A DNA stretch of 20,440 bases, taken from positions 1 through 20,440 of the forward strand of contig JAVCBY010000059.1 in NCBI GenBank assembly GCA_037917625.1, written 5' to 3'. The first letter of the stretch is position 1. Each line of letters starts with the position of its first letter. The position numbers and the translations under genes are program-made. Positions 17,998 through 20,440 of this stretch are shown here, in pieces. The stretch comes from Thermoproteota archaeon (GTDB taxonomy: Archaea > Korarchaeota > Korarchaeia > Korarchaeales > Korarchaeaceae). A model generated the notes under the pieces. That model was not told where the DNA came from, did no database searches, and worked only from the letters and a program-made list of their open reading frames with translations.

Positions 17998-18405
17998 ATG
18001 GACGAGCTAGACAGAAAGATCTTGGGCATATTAGTGAGGAACGCTAGAACTCCCTTCACAGAAATAGCTGAGCAACTTGGAGTGAGTGAGGCAACCATAA
18101 GGAAGAGAGTGGATAAGCTCATCAGCAGCGGCGTGATAAGGAAATTCACAGTTGAGCTAGGGGATACCGCGATGCGGGCGATCGTTATGATCAAGGTGAG
18201 GCCGGGCTATAACATCCCGAAGGTCGCGAAGGAGATAGCTGATATAGAGGAAGTGGTGAGGGCTTATGAGGTCACGGGGGAATATGATATAGTGGCTGAG
18301 ATAGCTAGCGCCGATACAGCATCCCTAAATAAGACTATAGAGAGGATAAGGAGCAATGAGGGGGTCGGCGGTACCCTGAGCATGATAGTGCTCGCTATCT
18401 GGTGA
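17998..18405 (+). CDS. Lrp/AsnC family transcriptional regulator
   Basis: HTH MDELDRKILGILVRNARTPFTEIAEQLGVSEATIRKRV and RAM domain YEVTGEYDI. SD GGGAGG. Confidence 0.95.
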   Translation: MDELDRKILGILVRNARTPFTEIAEQLGVSEATIRKRVDKLISSGVIRKFTVELGDTAMRAIVMIKVRPGYNIPKVAKEIADIEEVVRAYEVTGEYDIVAEIASADTASLNKTIERIRSNEGVGGTLSMIVLAIW

Positions 18406-18469
18406 ACTCATACTGTTTAGCTCGTCTCCACTGAAATATTTAAAATGTTTCCTCTTCAATATCCGCTGG

Positions 18470-19154
18470 ATGATGATAGAGGAGCTCCAGCTCATCAACT
18501 TCAAGTCGTTTAAAAGAGCTACGATAGTAATTCCTAAAGGTTTTGTCGCAATAACAGGCCCTAATGGATCCGGAAAAAGCAACATACTTGATGCAATTGC
18601 TTTTTTGATGGGATGGAGGGCTAGGAGGCTGAGGGCATCCAAGCTGGAGCACTTAGTCAGGAAGGGGGCTCCGTGGGCTCAAGTGAACCTCACTTTAGCG
18701 AACTCAGGGGAGAGGATCAAGATACAGAGGAGGGTGAAGCCGAATGGGAAGAGCTCATATAGAGTGAACGATAGATCCTTACCAGCTCATGAGGTCATGG
18801 ATATCCTCAGTTCCTTGGGCTTAGTAGCTGAGAGGTACACTTTCGTGACTCAGGGGGATATAACATCCATAGTTGAGATGAGCCCAGGGGAGAGGTATGA
18901 AATACTTAAGGAGATAAGTGGCATCTCTGATTACGATGAGAGGAGAGATAAAGCTTTGGAGGAGCTTAGAGAGGTGGAGCAGCTCTTGAGGGAGATCTCC
19001 GCAGTTCTCAGAGAAAAGGAAAAGGAATTAAAAAGAGTTGAAGAGGAGATAAGAATATTAGAAGAAAGATCGAAAATAGAAGAGAAATATAAAAGGATTA
19101 AGAAATATCAGATATTATCTGAGCTGAAATTATTGAGGGAGAGGTTGAGCTCCC
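18470..19154 (+). pseudogene. smc: smc 5' part: N-terminal ATPase half and start of the coiled coil (228 codons), interrupted by an inversion
   Basis: LINFKSF, Walker A GPNGSGKSNILDA, R-loop RRLRA, YRVN, Q-loop VTQGD and EISGISDY, followed by heptads. After ...LLRERLSS the frame becomes S/L-rich antisense text. Confidence 0.92.
19123..19154 (+). repeat. 32-bp inverted repeat, left copy
   Basis: GCTGAAATTATTGAGGGAGAGGTTGAGCTCCC is the exact reverse complement of 20388-20419. Confidence 0.95.
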
Positions 19155-20387
19155 CACTCCCACCCTCGAACAATAAGGATATCCAGTTGTTGAAGGCATC
19201 TGAGAGCTTCCTCAAAGTATCTCTCAATATCTCCTCCCTCTCAGAATCGATCTTCTCTATTAAGCTCTCTATCTCCTCCTTCCTCCTCATGAAAGAATCA
19301 TACTTCGATTTAACTTCCTCGAAATCCCCCTTCCTCCTCTCATACTCCTCCCTAGCTCTAGGATTAGCATTCCCCAAGCTCCTCAACTCCATTTCAAGGA
19401 TCATCATCTCTTTCCTCGGATCAGGGACTTCGAGTGGATCTACATCAGATAGATCATCGAGCTCCCTCTCCAAAACCTTAATTTTAGCTAAAATTTCGCT
19501 TCTCTCCTCAATCACCTTTCTGGTCTTCCTTATAAAGTCTTCCCTCTTTGAGAGGGCCTCCTGGTACTTCCTCCTCAGCCCATGGACCTCCCTCCTCAAA
19601 GCGTCAAGCCTCTCAAACCCTTCGTCCCTCTCAGGCAGGCTCATGAGCTCCCTCTCCTTTGAAGTTATCTCCTCATCTATCTGCTGGATCTCATCCTTTA
19701 ATTCATTTATCTCCTCCATCAATTTCCCAATATTTCCCAAACTAGGCTTTCCAGCTACTATACTACCCTCTCTTTCCACTATCTCCCCATCCATAGTCAC
19801 ATACTTAGCTCTACCCAGGAGCTCCTCGCTCAATTCATCGAGGTCATCAATCAGTATCGCGTTGAATATCTGCAGGGCCAATGCCTCGTACTCCCCATCG
19901 AATAGGAGGAAGTTGTATAAGCCCCTTTCCCTCCTCCTCTCCTCTCCCCTCAATACGTCCATCGGTATTATCCTGAACCTGCCCTCCACTTCCCTGAGAG
20001 CTCTAGCTATCCTCTTAGCCCCATCCAAGTCCCTAACCACTATATCGTTCAACCTACCCGATCCCACCGCTATGAACGGGAGCTCGTAACCAGGCATGGG
20101 CCTTATCAACTCAGATACGGTTCCGAGGAATGATGGATCTCTCCTGATGAAAGATGGGATCTCCCTTCCCCTCATAATAGATGAGATGACCTCCTCCTTA
20201 GCTTCCAGGGCTTTCCTTAGAGCTTCCCTCTGCCTCCTCAGGGAATCCAACTCAGCTGATATCTGCCCCCTCCTCCTGACGGGAGAATCCCTCAAATTAG
20301 ATTCTAGAGATCTCATCTCCTCCTCCTTTCTCTCAAGCTCCCTCCTCAAGGATTCTACATCGATCTCCTCCCGCTTCGGTTCCTCCA
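19155..20387 (-). pseudogene. smc: smc middle part (coiled coil - hinge - coiled coil - start of C-terminal head), inverted
   Basis: Hinge motifs LGTVSELI, RLNDIVV, GRFRIIPMD and VTMDGEIVEREGSIVAG (about 19750-20157). Smc C-arm motif LGNANPRAREEY. Ends with AFNNWISLLFEGGSG. Length is 1233 bp, or 411 codons. Confidence 0.92.
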
Positions 20388-20419
20388 GGGAGCTCAACCT
20401 CTCCCTCAATAATTTCAGC
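20388..20419 (-). repeat. 32-bp inverted repeat, right copy
   Basis: GGGAGCTCAACCTCTCCCTCAATAATTTCAGC. Confidence 0.95.
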
Positions 20420-20440
20420 AGATAGCTCTCAGCAGCTTTG
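20420..20440 (+). pseudogene. smc: Probable resumption of the smc C-terminal head (runs off the right edge)
   Basis: (g)AG ATA GCT CTC AGC AGC TTT G reads E-I-A-L-S-S-F, a natural continuation of FEGGSG. Only 21 nt are visible. Confidence 0.5.

Noticed and set aside
18470-20089. 539-aa ORF as a genuine Smc-head fusion to a novel Ser/Leu-rich domain
   Set aside because: Everything after residue 228 is the antisense reading of Glu/Arg/Lys-rich coiled-coil codons. Similar S/L-rich shadow ORFs occur throughout the window.
19108-20409. Independent 433-aa hinge-only gene
   Set aside because: Its start and end lie in or just beyond the inverted repeats and it joins the smc N-terminus in frame, so it is a displaced fragment.
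19123-20419. IS element or transposon with terminal inverted repeats
   Set aside because: The interior is smc coding sequence, there is no transposase, and I see no flanking target-site duplication.
1162-20425. Numerous short antisense or alternative-frame ORFs in the track (e.g. 1331-1555, 5386-5610, 9611-9904, 14389-14910, 14483-15007, 16384-16719, 18325-18642, 20096-20425)
   Set aside because: They overlap well-supported genes, have shadow-frame composition and show no motifs.
1-20440. CRISPR array, tRNA/rRNA genes, integrase or recombinase
   Set aside because: I saw no regularly spaced repeats, cloverleaf or GC-rich structural RNA, or recombinase motifs by eye.

Overview
Archaeal chromosomal window of roughly 45-50% GC. 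AGG/ATA-rich codon usage, TATA promoters and GGAGGTG-type SD sites fit a thermophilic archaeon, most plausibly Korarchaeum-like (inferred, not verified). It is mostly dense housekeeping and metabolic content: a secreted surface protein (partial), a KaiC-like ATPase with its HTH partner, an amidinotransferase/arginine-deiminase-family enzyme, a GT-B glycosyltransferase-like protein, a tungsten aldehyde:ferredoxin oxidoreductase, a saccharopine-dehydrogenase-family enzyme, two tandem ACT+V4R proteins, a small DUF5678-like protein, a secreted Lon-like (S16) protease, a CBS protein, a GT2, aroA'-like aldolase plus aroD, two hypotheticals, uppS and an Lrp/AsnC regulator. The standout is the smc gene at the right end. 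Its middle 1233 bp (hinge plus most of the coiled coil) is inverted between perfect 32-bp inverted repeats (19123-19154 and 20388-20419). Flipping it back restores the frame at the left junction but gives an immediate stop at the right junction. This points to a microhomology-mediated inversion with a 29-nt duplication scar (real or an assembly/amplification chimera) rather than a clean phase switch. The reconstructed Smc also has arms about half the canonical length. Other notable items are a 33-bp identical tract between the otherwise diverged V4R paralogs and several candidate operator sites.
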